A DNA stretch of 64,000 nt from a virus (Duplodnaviria > Caudoviricetes), in IMG/VR virus record IMGVR_UViG_3300031111_000003, positions 2,165-66,164 of that record, one strand, 5' to 3'. Below the pieces are notes generated by a model, which had not been told where the DNA came from, made no database searches, and saw only the letters and a list, made by a program, of their open reading frames with translations. Below, one piece after another: positions 48,049 through 56,509 of this stretch (its first letter is position 1; every line of letters starts with the position of its first letter). A program made the translations under genes and the position numbers.

Positions 48049-49005
48049 TTATTTCAGCCATTTATCCATGAAGTGGAGGGCCGCGTCCGGATCCGTGGAA
48101 AACACTTCATCCGGGTCCCCTTCCTCGAGAAGAATCTCATGCACTTCCAGGCCACGTTGTGACAATTCCGTACAAATACTTTGGCTTTGTCGCCTGGCTT
48201 GCACCTCCCCACCATCGAAAAGCACTACGGCTCGTTTGAAATGCTCGGCCACGAAGCGGACCTGCGGCCGGCGATACGAAATGCCAAACAGGCAGCAGGC
48301 CCCAGGTCCCAATCGAAAGACGTCGAAGAATCCTTCCACCAATACTACCGTGTCCGCTCCCGTTGCTTTCGCTTGGTCGTATCCTCCCACGATGTTCTTG
48401 TGGTGGACGGATTCAACTTCCTTGCGGCAGGCTTTATACGGGATGTCTTGCTTCCCAGTGTAGTCTCTCCCCTGAAAAGAAACAATCCGCCCCAGGTACG
48501 TGATGGGCATGATCACGCGATAGGGATAGTCTGGTGTTCCTGGGCCTGTGACACAGATTTGCCACATTTCAGCTAGTTCTGTCGGTGAAAACTTACGAGT
48601 ATTCTTTAACCAGAGGCGAGCTCCTTTTGCTCGTGGATCTTGGATGGGAAATGTGTTGCTAGGGAGGGGGATTGAGGTGGGCACCTCAGGAAGGTCGGTG
48701 GGCTGGCGAGACGATCTGGGCCGAAGGGAGCGGCCTTTGTACTTGTGAAAAATGTGTTTTGCTTCTGGCGTGGTCACTCCGAGGAGCTTTTTGATGACCC
48801 GGATCGGGCTTTTACCTTTACAGCGCCAACAGACGAAAGCGCCATAAAACTCTTCACTGGGGTTCATGCAGAAACCAAGGTGCCACCCTGGATTGCCCGA
48901 GCAGAAGGGGCAAGGGATTTGGACCCATCCAGGTCGACAGTGTTTGTGGCCGGCCTGGATGTGGTCGATGTTGTAGTCCCGGTAGAACTGGAGAACGTCA
49001 AACAT
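48049..49005 (-). CDS. DNA primase (Zn finger + TOPRIM)
   Basis: CPFC...H.....CWRC, R...PI...G..VS.QGR, LVEG.FD, LFD and GDP motifs. Confidence 0.88.
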   Translation of the reverse strand: MFDVLQFYRDYNIDHIQAGHKHCRPGWVQIPCPFCSGNPGWHLGFCMNPSEEFYGAFVCWRCKGKSPIRVIKKLLGVTTPEAKHIFHKYKGRSLRPRSSRQPTDLPEVPTSIPLPSNTFPIQDPRAKGARLWLKNTRKFSPTELAEMWQICVTGPGTPDYPYRVIMPITYLGRIVSFQGRDYTGKQDIPYKACRKEVESVHHKNIVGGYDQAKATGADTVVLVEGFFDVFRLGPGACCLFGISYRRPQVRFVAEHFKRAVVLFDGGEVQARRQSQSICTELSQRGLEVHEILLEEGDPDEVFSTDPDAALHFMDKWLK

Positions 49006-49280
49006 TACGACGATTCCAAAGGGGCATACTTGTTGATGGTGTTCATCACGTCTTGTACAGTATGCCAAGACATTTCTTCTTCGTCCGAGATATCCTCTCC
49101 TAGGATTTCTTCGAAGTCAATCCGCATTTCCACGAGATCGAGGCTGTCCAGGCCCAGGCTTGTGAGCCTCTCGTGGTATCCTACGTCGAGGACGTTTGGG
49201 TTCGTTTCGTGGATCTGCCTTGCGAATACGTCCAGAAGCGCCCCTCGTACAGTTTCAACGGTTTTGATCAGTTCAGGCAT
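49005..49280 (-). CDS. acyl carrier protein
   Basis: L..LGLDSLD.VE.....EE.....I.DEE......TV.D; phosphopantetheine Ser intact; acidic, 91 aa. Confidence 0.85.
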   Translation of the reverse strand: MPELIKTVETVRGALLDVFARQIHETNPNVLDVGYHERLTSLGLDSLDLVEMRIDFEEILGEDISDEEEMSWHTVQDVMNTINKYAPLESS

Positions 49281-49450
49281 GAGTTACCCCCAGATTTCGA
49301 AGATCATACAGAACCAGGCAGCGAGGCCGGTGCAGATGATCAGGTAAAAGGCTGCTTCCATCCAGTCACGGCTGACAACAAACCGTATACGATCCCAAAA
49401 CTGACCCCAGTGGATACGCCAGGTGAAAGTCCGGGCTTGGATGTGTTTCT

Positions 49451-49798
49451 TCACTTCCTTCTCCGGACGGGGTTTCTGCGTCTGGGCTTGGTAGGAATGT
49501 CACACTTTTCGTGCTTGACAGTAGGATCGTTCAGTGAGTAGCCTTCGAAGATAACTTCGATTCTGCCAGAGAAACAATCCAGGCGGAGTTCGGTGATTTC
49601 ATATTCACCAAGCACAGTACCAATATCAGCGGTGTGTTGTATCCAACCGTGTTCGCGGGTTTCGAACATTAGTTGAACGGGGATACCGTCGACCTGAACG
49701 GAGATTCCATCCGGTTCCGAAATAGTGAGGTTGAGAAAGTCTTTCAACTCATGAACCTGGATGTACCCGTGGATTCTGACTCGTGTGTGTTTGCTCAT
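49451..49798 (-). CDS. hypothetical protein
   Basis: ATGA overlap with the upstream gene. Confidence 0.55.
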   Translation of the reverse strand: MSKHTRVRIHGYIQVHELKDFLNLTISEPDGISVQVDGIPVQLMFETREHGWIQHTADIGTVLGEYEITELRLDCFSGRIEVIFEGYSLNDPTVKHEKCDIPTKPRRRNPVRRRK

Positions 49799-50145
49799 CC
49801 TTTATTCCTCCGTAGTTTCTGGCGAACTTCCTCCGCCGTTACACCTTTCTTGGCTCGCCGCCATGTCTTACGGTATGCCAAGTACCGCTCACACTGCTGG
49901 GGGCAGGCTCCACAGATGTTGACATCGATCCAGCGAAATTCGCCACCGTCAACAACGATCCGGTCTCGCTTTCTGCAGTTCCTTGGTGGGTTGTACATGA
50001 AGCCACCGCGGTTCTGAGCACGGGCCGGTGGTTCCCAGGGGAGCCGTGCTCGCATTGGTTTTCTCCTCACCGTCTTCTTGGGACGAGGGGGCCTTCGCCG
50101 GCCCCCTCGTTTGGGTTGCTTCTTCGCCAGACGTTTTCGGGCCAT
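49795..50145 (-). CDS. very basic hypothetical protein
   Basis: GGAGG SD; Arg/Lys-rich, C..C...C. Confidence 0.6.
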   Translation of the reverse strand: MARKRLAKKQPKRGGRRRPPRPKKTVRRKPMRARLPWEPPARAQNRGGFMYNPPRNCRKRDRIVVDGGEFRWIDVNICGACPQQCERYLAYRKTWRRAKKGVTAEEVRQKLRRNKG

Positions 50146-50157
50146 GGTGGATCCTCC

Positions 50158-52314
50158 TTATGCAGCTTGATCGATTTCTTTCAGAGCCTTTTCCATCAGC
50201 TTGACCAGGAGTGCGTCGTCCTCGGTGGCTCGGCCGTCCAGTACCGCGTCCAGGACCTTACGCTTTTCGTCCAGTAGTTCCACGATGTCTTCCTCGACAG
50301 TGTTCTCTGCCACGAGGTAGTACGCTTCCACACTGTCAGCTTCCTGGCCTATTCGGTGCACCCGATCTTCTGCCTGGTCGTGGGCGCCTGGCGTCCATCC
50401 CAGCTCGAGGAAGCAGGTGGCGCTGGCGGCAGTCAATGTGATGCCCACGCCAGCGGCCTTGATGTTACCGAGGAAGACACGGCAGCTGTTGTCGTTCTGG
50501 AAAGTATCGACAACTTCTTGTCTTGCGGCAGCCCGGGTGCTTCCGTCGAGCTTGACCGGGTTGTAGTCTTTCAGAGCACGTTCGAGGTTCGTCAGCGTTC
50601 CCTTGTGGGTGGCGAAGATGACCAGCTTGTTTCCTGAGTCCAGATAGTCCTTGATCCACTCGGTCGCGCTGGCCAGCTTACCGAGTACGGCAAGTTGCTT
50701 GGCTTCCTCGATCATGGTCAAGCCACCGGACCCTGCCTGGTGGGAGTCTGCCAGGACCTTTCCTCTTTCCTTGGCCGGCTTGGCCACCAGCCACCGCTTG
50801 AACTCGTTGTACACCTTGAGGTATCGTTTGTAATCTGCCTTGCTGACTTCCATAGGGACTACAATTCGTCGCTTGGCTGGTAATTCTGTGAGCACATCCT
50901 TCTTGAGTCGGCGCAGCATGATCGTGGAGGACAGTAGGTGGTGCAGCTCCTCGGTGTTGGATACACCGGTGAAATCCCAGCCGTAGCCGTTGTTTTCCGC
51001 GCCACAGTACTTCTGCGCAAACTGCCAGAAGCTGGGGAAGATGCCGGGCTCGACAAGGGAGATCGCTGGGTAGAATTCAACCGGACGGTTTTCGATTGGG
51101 GTACCGGACAGGACCAGGACATGCTCTGCCATCTTGCACAGGCGGGTGCACGACATGGATCGGGCTCGGTCTCGGTTCTTGATATAGTGACATTCATCTA
51201 GGATCACGGCGGACGGATCCGGCAAGCGATCGATCCAGCCACCAGAGTCCGGCAGTTCTTCGTACTTGGGGCGGCCAGACTTGGTCTTCTTGTACTTGTT
51301 CGCTAGCAGATCGTAGTTGATAACGATGACAGGGCCACCGGAGCCCTTGCGGACCCGGTGCTTCTTCCATTCGTCGGCGGCGTTTGCCGAAGTGGCCTTT
51401 GGGCGCCCGTTGATCACGTAGAGATCCGGGTCTTCCATCCAGACCCGGGCTTCCTTCACCCAGTTCAGTTTGACGGAAGCGGGAACAACCACGATTGCCG
51501 GGCGGACTTCCGGATGGGCCTGGAGCCAGGCCAGGATCTGGATTGTCTTGCCCAGGCCCATCTCGTCGGCCAGCATGGCTCGGCCTTTCTTGGCCTCGAT
51601 GAAGCGGATGCCTTCTGCCTGGTAGTCGTACAGATTCTCAGGCAGGACCAGTTCGGTTGTGGTGGATTCTTTTGTTATGGAGGCGTGGCGGGACAGGATG
51701 GCTTCCTCGATCGTGAAGCCCCAGGCCTGCAACTTTTCCACCGAGTCGATGGAGAACGGAGCAGTCCAGTGCTTGTTCTCCGCGTTCCACCTGCGGCCGG
51801 CCAGCGTCTTGATTTGAGCCACGAGAGTAGGATCGTACGGGAAGGTGATCACCATGATGTTCTTGTCGTACGTCGCCAGGCGGACGCGTTGGGTGCGCTT
51901 GGAGGGCTTCTTCTCTGTCTGTGTGAGCATCGGGTGGTCTGAAGGAACGTCGACATTCTCTACGTTCTCCTGCTCGAGGGTCACGCAAGACTTGGGGATC
52001 CAGCCCTCAAACTTAATGGACATGACCATCTGGCGGAGGCGTTCGGCGTGGGCTTCGGTGAAGCCGTAGGGGCCGAGGACGCTTTCGTCCCACCAGTGCT
52101 GCCCACACTCAGGGCCAATGCCGACGAGGCGGGAGACGGGGTGCGTCAGCTTGCGTCCACAACGGATGCAGCAGACCAGATCTCCGACATCACCGTGCCC
52201 GACGAGATACATGGCCTTGGGTGTTTGTCGGACGACTACCCCGGTGATACAGGTGGGGATGTTTTTGGCCTTTGCGAAACCGGGCTTGATCGCGTAGCGA
52301 TTTGCTTTAGGCAT
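50158..52314 (-). CDS. SNF2-family (HARP-like) helicase with N-terminal DUF6011-like Zn finger
   Basis: LADEMGLGKT, DECH, LSGTP..N, RRLK..V..ELP, G.GITLT and QAEDR.HRIGQ motifs; C.RCGR.LT.P.S...GIGPEC. Confidence 0.9.
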   Translation of the reverse strand: MPKANRYAIKPGFAKAKNIPTCITGVVVRQTPKAMYLVGHGDVGDLVCCIRCGRKLTHPVSRLVGIGPECGQHWWDESVLGPYGFTEAHAERLRQMVMSIKFEGWIPKSCVTLEQENVENVDVPSDHPMLTQTEKKPSKRTQRVRLATYDKNIMVITFPYDPTLVAQIKTLAGRRWNAENKHWTAPFSIDSVEKLQAWGFTIEEAILSRHASITKESTTTELVLPENLYDYQAEGIRFIEAKKGRAMLADEMGLGKTIQILAWLQAHPEVRPAIVVVPASVKLNWVKEARVWMEDPDLYVINGRPKATSANAADEWKKHRVRKGSGGPVIVINYDLLANKYKKTKSGRPKYEELPDSGGWIDRLPDPSAVILDECHYIKNRDRARSMSCTRLCKMAEHVLVLSGTPIENRPVEFYPAISLVEPGIFPSFWQFAQKYCGAENNGYGWDFTGVSNTEELHHLLSSTIMLRRLKKDVLTELPAKRRIVVPMEVSKADYKRYLKVYNEFKRWLVAKPAKERGKVLADSHQAGSGGLTMIEEAKQLAVLGKLASATEWIKDYLDSGNKLVIFATHKGTLTNLERALKDYNPVKLDGSTRAAARQEVVDTFQNDNSCRVFLGNIKAAGVGITLTAASATCFLELGWTPGAHDQAEDRVHRIGQEADSVEAYYLVAENTVEEDIVELLDEKRKVLDAVLDGRATEDDALLVKLMEKALKEIDQAA

Positions 52315-52537
52315 TGTGGAGTCCCCTTTCTTCCGGGGAATATACATTTTTCCACATCTGCAGAAAGGCGTCCTGTACCCATTGCGGAGCGGTTATTTTG
52401 TAGCCCTGTTCGTACCGCCGAACCCAATGCTGCACGTGGGCATGCAGACGGCGCGCTACCGGGATGGTACAGACACCATATATGCATTTGTTTGGCGTGA
52501 TGAAAACGGCAAATCCAGAGAAGGTTACTAAAAACAT
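52307..52537 (-). CDS. hypothetical protein, paralogue of 59183-59383
   Basis: AAGGAG SD; 46/62 identical residues to the + strand copy. Confidence 0.75.
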   Translation of the reverse strand: MFLVTFSGFAVFITPNKCIYGVCTIPVARRLHAHVQHWVRRYEQGYKITAPQWVQDAFLQMWKNVYSPEERGLHNA

Positions 52538-52580
52538 GGTGTTCTCCTTTATCCCTTACGGGGTCGGTGGTTTGCAGTCC

Positions 52581-52609
52581 GTTATTCGGGACCGTGGATA
52601 GTAGCGTCT
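52581..52609 (-). promoter_or_regulatory. phage-specific promoter copy (AGACGC-N15-CGAATAAC)
   Basis: same spacing; abuts the 3' tail of hammerhead 1. Confidence 0.7.
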
Positions 52610-52672
52610 GCCTACCTTCATCAGGGCCGGGAGGCAATTCCCGACCGACGGGGCCGAAGCCCCGTTTCGGCT
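52608..52672 (-). ncRNA. type II hammerhead ribozyme 1
   Basis: GCC GAAA C GGGGC UUCG GCCCC GUC / GGUCGGGA auugcc UCCCGGCC CUGAUGA A GGU; predicted cut 52647/52646. Confidence 0.85.
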
Positions 52673-52703
52673 TGTACAAAGAGGAAGCTCGTGTGTCCGT
52701 GTT

Positions 52704-52946
52704 TCACCACGTGATCTTGTAATAATTGAGTTTGGCTGGGGCTCCCTCAATGCACTCCACTTCGAAACCACGATTCAACAACATTTTTACTACATTGTTT
52801 CTTGTAAATGCATCCCCCTCCCAGTTCACGTTGGTTGTGTACTTCCCCTTATCAGAGGCTTTTTGTATTTCGTCCATAATTCGCGCCAGGACCTCTTCTT
52901 TTGTGTAGAAAAGGTCAGAGTTCAATCGGGCTTGTGCGGCATTCAT
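52704..52946 (-). CDS. hypothetical early protein
   Basis: GAGGGG SD; 80 aa. Confidence 0.6.
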   Translation of the reverse strand: MNAAQARLNSDLFYTKEEVLARIMDEIQKASDKGKYTTNVNWEGDAFTRNNVVKMLLNRGFEVECIEGAPAKLNYYKITW

Positions 52947-52960
52947 GTCTTTCCCCTCTT

Positions 52961-53464
52961 TTATAGCGTATGCTGTGCTACGGTTTGCAGTTCCATGACA
53001 GCCTTCCACCAGCGTGTGGTATTCTTGCTGCCGACGTGGGTCATTACCTTGGACACGAGAGCTCCTCGCATGCGTTTGGGGGCATGTAGGTTGGAAACGA
53101 CCTCGATGGGGGTCTCGAACAGGATCTGTAGAACTTGTTTGGCATCGTCCGAAAGCCGGCTGAGGGCTTCACGGAAGGCGGCGATTCGTTCCGGATCCTG
53201 TGCCAGGCAGGCGGATGAGGGTGCGTAGGCTGCGTCAATGTTGGACTGGCGAAATTGCTTGGGACACCACCATTTGAGATACTTTTCGACCACATGGTGG
53301 ATCCATGTGGACTTGGAAGTGCCTTTGCTCTTCTTCCACAGCTTTTCGGCTTCGAGTGCCTTCATGACGCACTGCCCGTACACTTCCTCGACTTCAAGAA
53401 AGTACGTGCTGGAGTATTTGAGTGCCAACCGCATCAGCATGTTGTGGTGCTGATATTGTTTCAT
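52961..53464 (-). CDS. putative phage sigma factor (sigma-70 region 2-like)
   Basis: LA.KY......EE.......A.....KG....TW...V; L..LS.D...V...F; AGGAGG SD. Confidence 0.55.
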   Translation of the reverse strand: MKQYQHHNMLMRLALKYSSTYFLEVEEVYGQCVMKALEAEKLWKKSKGTSKSTWIHHVVEKYLKWWCPKQFRQSNIDAAYAPSSACLAQDPERIAAFREALSRLSDDAKQVLQILFETPIEVVSNLHAPKRMRGALVSKVMTHVGSKNTTRWWKAVMELQTVAQHTL

Positions 53465-53516
53465 ACAAGGACCTCCTACACTTCGTTGAGTTGGTTGATC
53501 AGGGTTTGGCGATGGG

Positions 53517-53768
53517 CTATGAGGTCGCGGAGCATGGTTCCGCCTTTGCCTTGGCGATGGCGGCGCGGGCCTTTTCAAACCACAGCCCGCCACGCCTGCC
53601 ACCCGTCCCTCGACTGGCCTGCTTTTCAAACGCCTGGGCCACAGGAAGCAGGGCCTCCAGCGCATCCAGCAGGGTCGCGTTGACGGCGCGGAGGCGGGAC
53701 AGGTCTTGATTTCGTTGCCGCACCAAATCTTCAACTTCGGCACGGGTCATGTCGGCAAAAGTTCTCAT
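53517..53768 (-). CDS. hypothetical early protein
   Basis: AAGGAGG SD; LL.ALE....ARAAIAKA. Confidence 0.65.
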   Translation of the reverse strand: MRTFADMTRAEVEDLVRQRNQDLSRLRAVNATLLDALEALLPVAQAFEKQASRGTGGRRGGLWFEKARAAIAKAKAEPCSATS

Positions 53769-53803
53769 GGCTCAATCCTCCTTTGTCCAGGTTGGGTTGG
53801 AGT

Positions 53804-53867
53804 AGCCTACCTTCATCAGGGCCGGGAGGCAATTCCCGACCGACGGGGCCGAAGCCCCGTTTCGGTT
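53804..53867 (-). ncRNA. type II hammerhead ribozyme 2 (near-identical to copy 1)
   Basis: same core; starts at the TAA of ORF 53866-54132; predicted cut 53842/53841. Confidence 0.85.
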
Positions 53868-54132
53868 ATTTGGTTTTGAAGGCGAGATGTTTCGCCTTGT
53901 CGTTACGTTTCTTGATGACACGCTCGGCCCATTCACAGACATCGTTCCAGCTGGTCGAGAGTATGATGCCCACGAGTTCAGCGGTCTGCGCGTCGAACTC
54001 GTTTTCGACGCGATGGGCTGCTTCGGTGCAGGTGAGTGTGTAGGAGCCATACTCATCGTGCATAATAAACGACTTTTCACGCACTTCTGCCGCGTCCAGG
54101 ATGAAGCGGGCCAGAGCTGGGTTGATGTCCAT
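53866..54132 (-). CDS. hypothetical early protein
   Basis: AAGGAG SD before ATG 54132. Confidence 0.65.
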   Translation of the reverse strand: MDINPALARFILDAAEVREKSFIMHDEYGSYTLTCTEAAHRVENEFDAQTAELVGIILSTSWNDVCEWAERVIKKRNDKAKHLAFKTK

Positions 54133-54142
54133 GGTGTTCTCC

Positions 54143-54676
54143 TTACTCAAAAAAGAGTTGGTTAAAGGTATATCCGAGTTCCAGAGCCCCAATACCGACA
54201 TGGCAGTGGCCGTTGGACATGGCCCCCACCCGGCCCCCGACAAGGAAGCCGCCGAGCTCTCCCAGGTCGTACCAGGCGGACGCCTCGGGGATGATGATCG
54301 GGCCGTTGTAGTTGTTGGAGGGCTTGTTCATCCAGCCTGGCACGGCTCCGGCGTAGATGGAGAACCGATCGTTGCTCCAGATGCGGTACTCAACAAGACC
54401 GCCAACCACCCACATTGAGCAGTCACGGCCTTGAGCCGAGGGGACGTTGCTGTCCCCCTCCAGGTAAACGCCAAGGACACCCGCACGGACACGTTCCCAG
54501 CCCGTTTGCATGGTGAAGGTGCCGAGGATGCCACGGTGGCTGTCCTTGACTTCGTTGCGATTACCGGAATGAGCGGTTTGGAGCGCCGTGGTTCCGGTGA
54601 TCGTGTACTTGCGTTCCTCGGCCTGGGCCGGGAGCGCCATAGTCAGTAGGATGATGAGCAGAATGATGGAACGCAT
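54143..54676 (-). CDS. secreted, outer-membrane beta-barrel-like protein
   Basis: signal peptide ending AQA; amphipathic beta strands; near-terminal LELGYTF. Confidence 0.5.
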   Translation of the reverse strand: MRSIILLIILLTMALPAQAEERKYTITGTTALQTAHSGNRNEVKDSHRGILGTFTMQTGWERVRAGVLGVYLEGDSNVPSAQGRDCSMWVVGGLVEYRIWSNDRFSIYAGAVPGWMNKPSNNYNGPIIIPEASAWYDLGELGGFLVGGRVGAMSNGHCHVGIGALELGYTFNQLFFE

Positions 54677-54689
54677 GTTTCCTCCTCGG

Positions 54690-55370
54690 TTACCAGTGGA
54701 TCCGGCCGTTCTCGTCCAACTGGGCGGGCTGGCCGAAGAAGTTGTCCTTGCTGGTTTGCATGGCACGATGGTACACGTACTGGCGGACCGTGCTCGGGTT
54801 CAGGCCCCGCTCGCGGCCTTCGGCCACGATCTCACGCTGAGTGTAGCGACCGGCGGCGATCATGTCGCGAACGAACTCGGCCACGATGCCACGGCGACCG
54901 GACTTGCGGGCCGAGATGATCGGACGGGGAGCTTCGTGCTCGTCGGCCTGGACCCATTCCTCGGACAGCATGTGGATGCTGGCGTGGCACAGGTCACACA
55001 GTTGGGAAACGTCGTAGTCAGCGACCTCGATGAGGTACTGGTACTCGACCTCAGCGTCCAAGCCGAGCTCCCGGCGGGCCTTGTTGACGATGGACTTGGT
55101 GTTCATCCGGTTGGACACCAGCTCGCGGCCGGCGATTTCGTTGACGGTTTCGATCAGCATGGCTCGCTCCTGTCGGGACATTTGCAGCTCGACCTCTCCG
55201 TCCATCTTCTGCAGTTGCAGCATGGCGGTGGTGTTCCACAAGGACTCGAGCTCGTCCCGCTCCATGGTGGCCAAGGACTTCTTGGTGACCTTGGCTTCGG
55301 GAGCCAGGGTGTCAATGATGTTCTTGCGGGTCATGGTCTCAAACGTGTCGTGATCGATCGAATACAGCAT
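54690..55370 (-). CDS. hypothetical early protein with C-terminal HTH-like region
   Basis: GGAGG SD; YTQREIV...GLNPSTVRQ. Confidence 0.65.
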   Translation of the reverse strand: MLYSIDHDTFETMTRKNIIDTLAPEAKVTKKSLATMERDELESLWNTTAMLQLQKMDGEVELQMSRQERAMLIETVNEIAGRELVSNRMNTKSIVNKARRELGLDAEVEYQYLIEVADYDVSQLCDLCHASIHMLSEEWVQADEHEAPRPIISARKSGRRGIVAEFVRDMIAAGRYTQREIVAEGRERGLNPSTVRQYVYHRAMQTSKDNFFGQPAQLDENGRIHW

Positions 55371-55401
55371 TTTGTCCTCCAAAGGGTTACGCTGTTGTCT
55401 G

Positions 55402-55466
55402 TTGACCTACCTCATCAGCGTCAGGCGGTCAGTCCTGGCGGACGGTCCCGTAGGACCGTTTCGGTT
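55402..55466 (-). ncRNA. type II hammerhead ribozyme 3 (divergent stems)
   Basis: ACC GAAA C GGUCC UACG GGACC GUC / CGCCAGG acugaccg CCUGACG CUGAUGA GGU; predicted cut 55441/55440. Confidence 0.85.
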
Positions 55467-55743
55467 AGGGGCATTCGACGGCACAGTTGTCATCGAAGAA
55501 GTTGGAGCAGTCACGGATCCGTTCTTGCAGGTTGGCCTTGCTGATGACCTTGCCGTTTAGCTGGAATCGGACAGGGAAGGACCAGCTCCGGAGATTGCTG
55601 TTCTGCCGAACGGTCACGTACACCTCAATTTCACCGATAGGCGTTTGGAAGTGCTTGGCGGCGTAGCGGAAGTGCCCGGATTCTTCTGTCCGTCTCTTGG
55701 CGAGGTCTTGGGTCTCTTGGATCATTTCACTCAAAGTCTTCAT
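55465..55743 (-). CDS. hypothetical early protein
   Basis: GAGGAGG SD; 92 aa. Confidence 0.7.
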   Translation of the reverse strand: MKTLSEMIQETQDLAKRRTEESGHFRYAAKHFQTPIGEIEVYVTVRQNSNLRSWSFPVRFQLNGKVISKANLQERIRDCSNFFDDNCAVECP

Positions 55744-55745
55744 GG

Positions 55746-55928
55746 CTACCCCTCCTCAATTTCGTGGATCAGACAGTCGAGCTCGTACCCGTTGTGGACG
55801 ATCCCGACGACCTCGCCGGTGTCCTCGTCCATGATCTCGCCGGTGGCCAGATCGTGAATCAGTCCCAGTTGCTCCAGTCGGTCGGCGTACTCGGTATAGA
55901 ACCGGTCGGCGGTGATGTCGTTTGTCAT
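55746..55928 (-). CDS. first early gene, small acidic protein
   Basis: AAGGAG SD; 60 aa, D/E-rich. Confidence 0.7.
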   Translation of the reverse strand: MTNDITADRFYTEYADRLEQLGLIHDLATGEIMDEDTGEVVGIVHNGYELDCLIHEIEEG

Positions 55929-56304
55929 TGTCGTTCTCCTTTGTCCCTATATGGGGTCGGAAGGTTCAAAACAGCAATCCCGACGGTCCGGGCAACCGGG
56001 CCGCCAGGGTGGTGCTTTGAGCCAAGCGTAATTGCTTGTCGGGGTTGTGAGTCGCAGACCCCGTATCTGCTCCCGTGCGTTTCGTCCGTGCCCCCGAAGG
56101 GCACCGGCCAGTGTCGATGGTATCTATTTGCCCGCCCACTGACTGGGTGTTCGGCCTGAGGTTGTCGTTCGCGGGGTACCAATCCCGCGCCGGGGCAGCG
56201 TGACCTGCGACATCCGGCTTTTTCTTCGGTTAGTGGCCCAGCCGGTCTTCCCGACTTTTGATCCACCCGGCCTCTCGTTGGCCTTGTCCCGTGCTGTTGA
56301 TTAA

Positions 56305-56360
56305 AGAATATGTTCACCAACGGGGAAAGGCAACAGAAAAAACAAAAAAAAATAAAAAAA
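56305..56360 (-). promoter_or_regulatory. sigma70-type early promoter with UP element
   Basis: TTGCCT (56333-56328) - 17 nt - TATTCT (56310-56305), preceded by a long T tract. Confidence 0.75.
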
Positions 56361-56509
56361 CTTAGAACATTATTTCAGGCGATTAGCCCGCACTATTAGT
56401 GAATCTTGATCCCAGCCCAAAATCAAATTTGCCGAATCCTATGGACCTGACTTGGTAAAAGCCGTATACCCGTGCCTGAAAAACTGTGTCACTCGTTGGA
56501 GGAAAAATC

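Noticed and set aside
56050-56110. GGACGAAAC in the early leader as a hammerhead core
   Set aside because: No CUGANGA partner and no stem III closing on a cleavage triplet.
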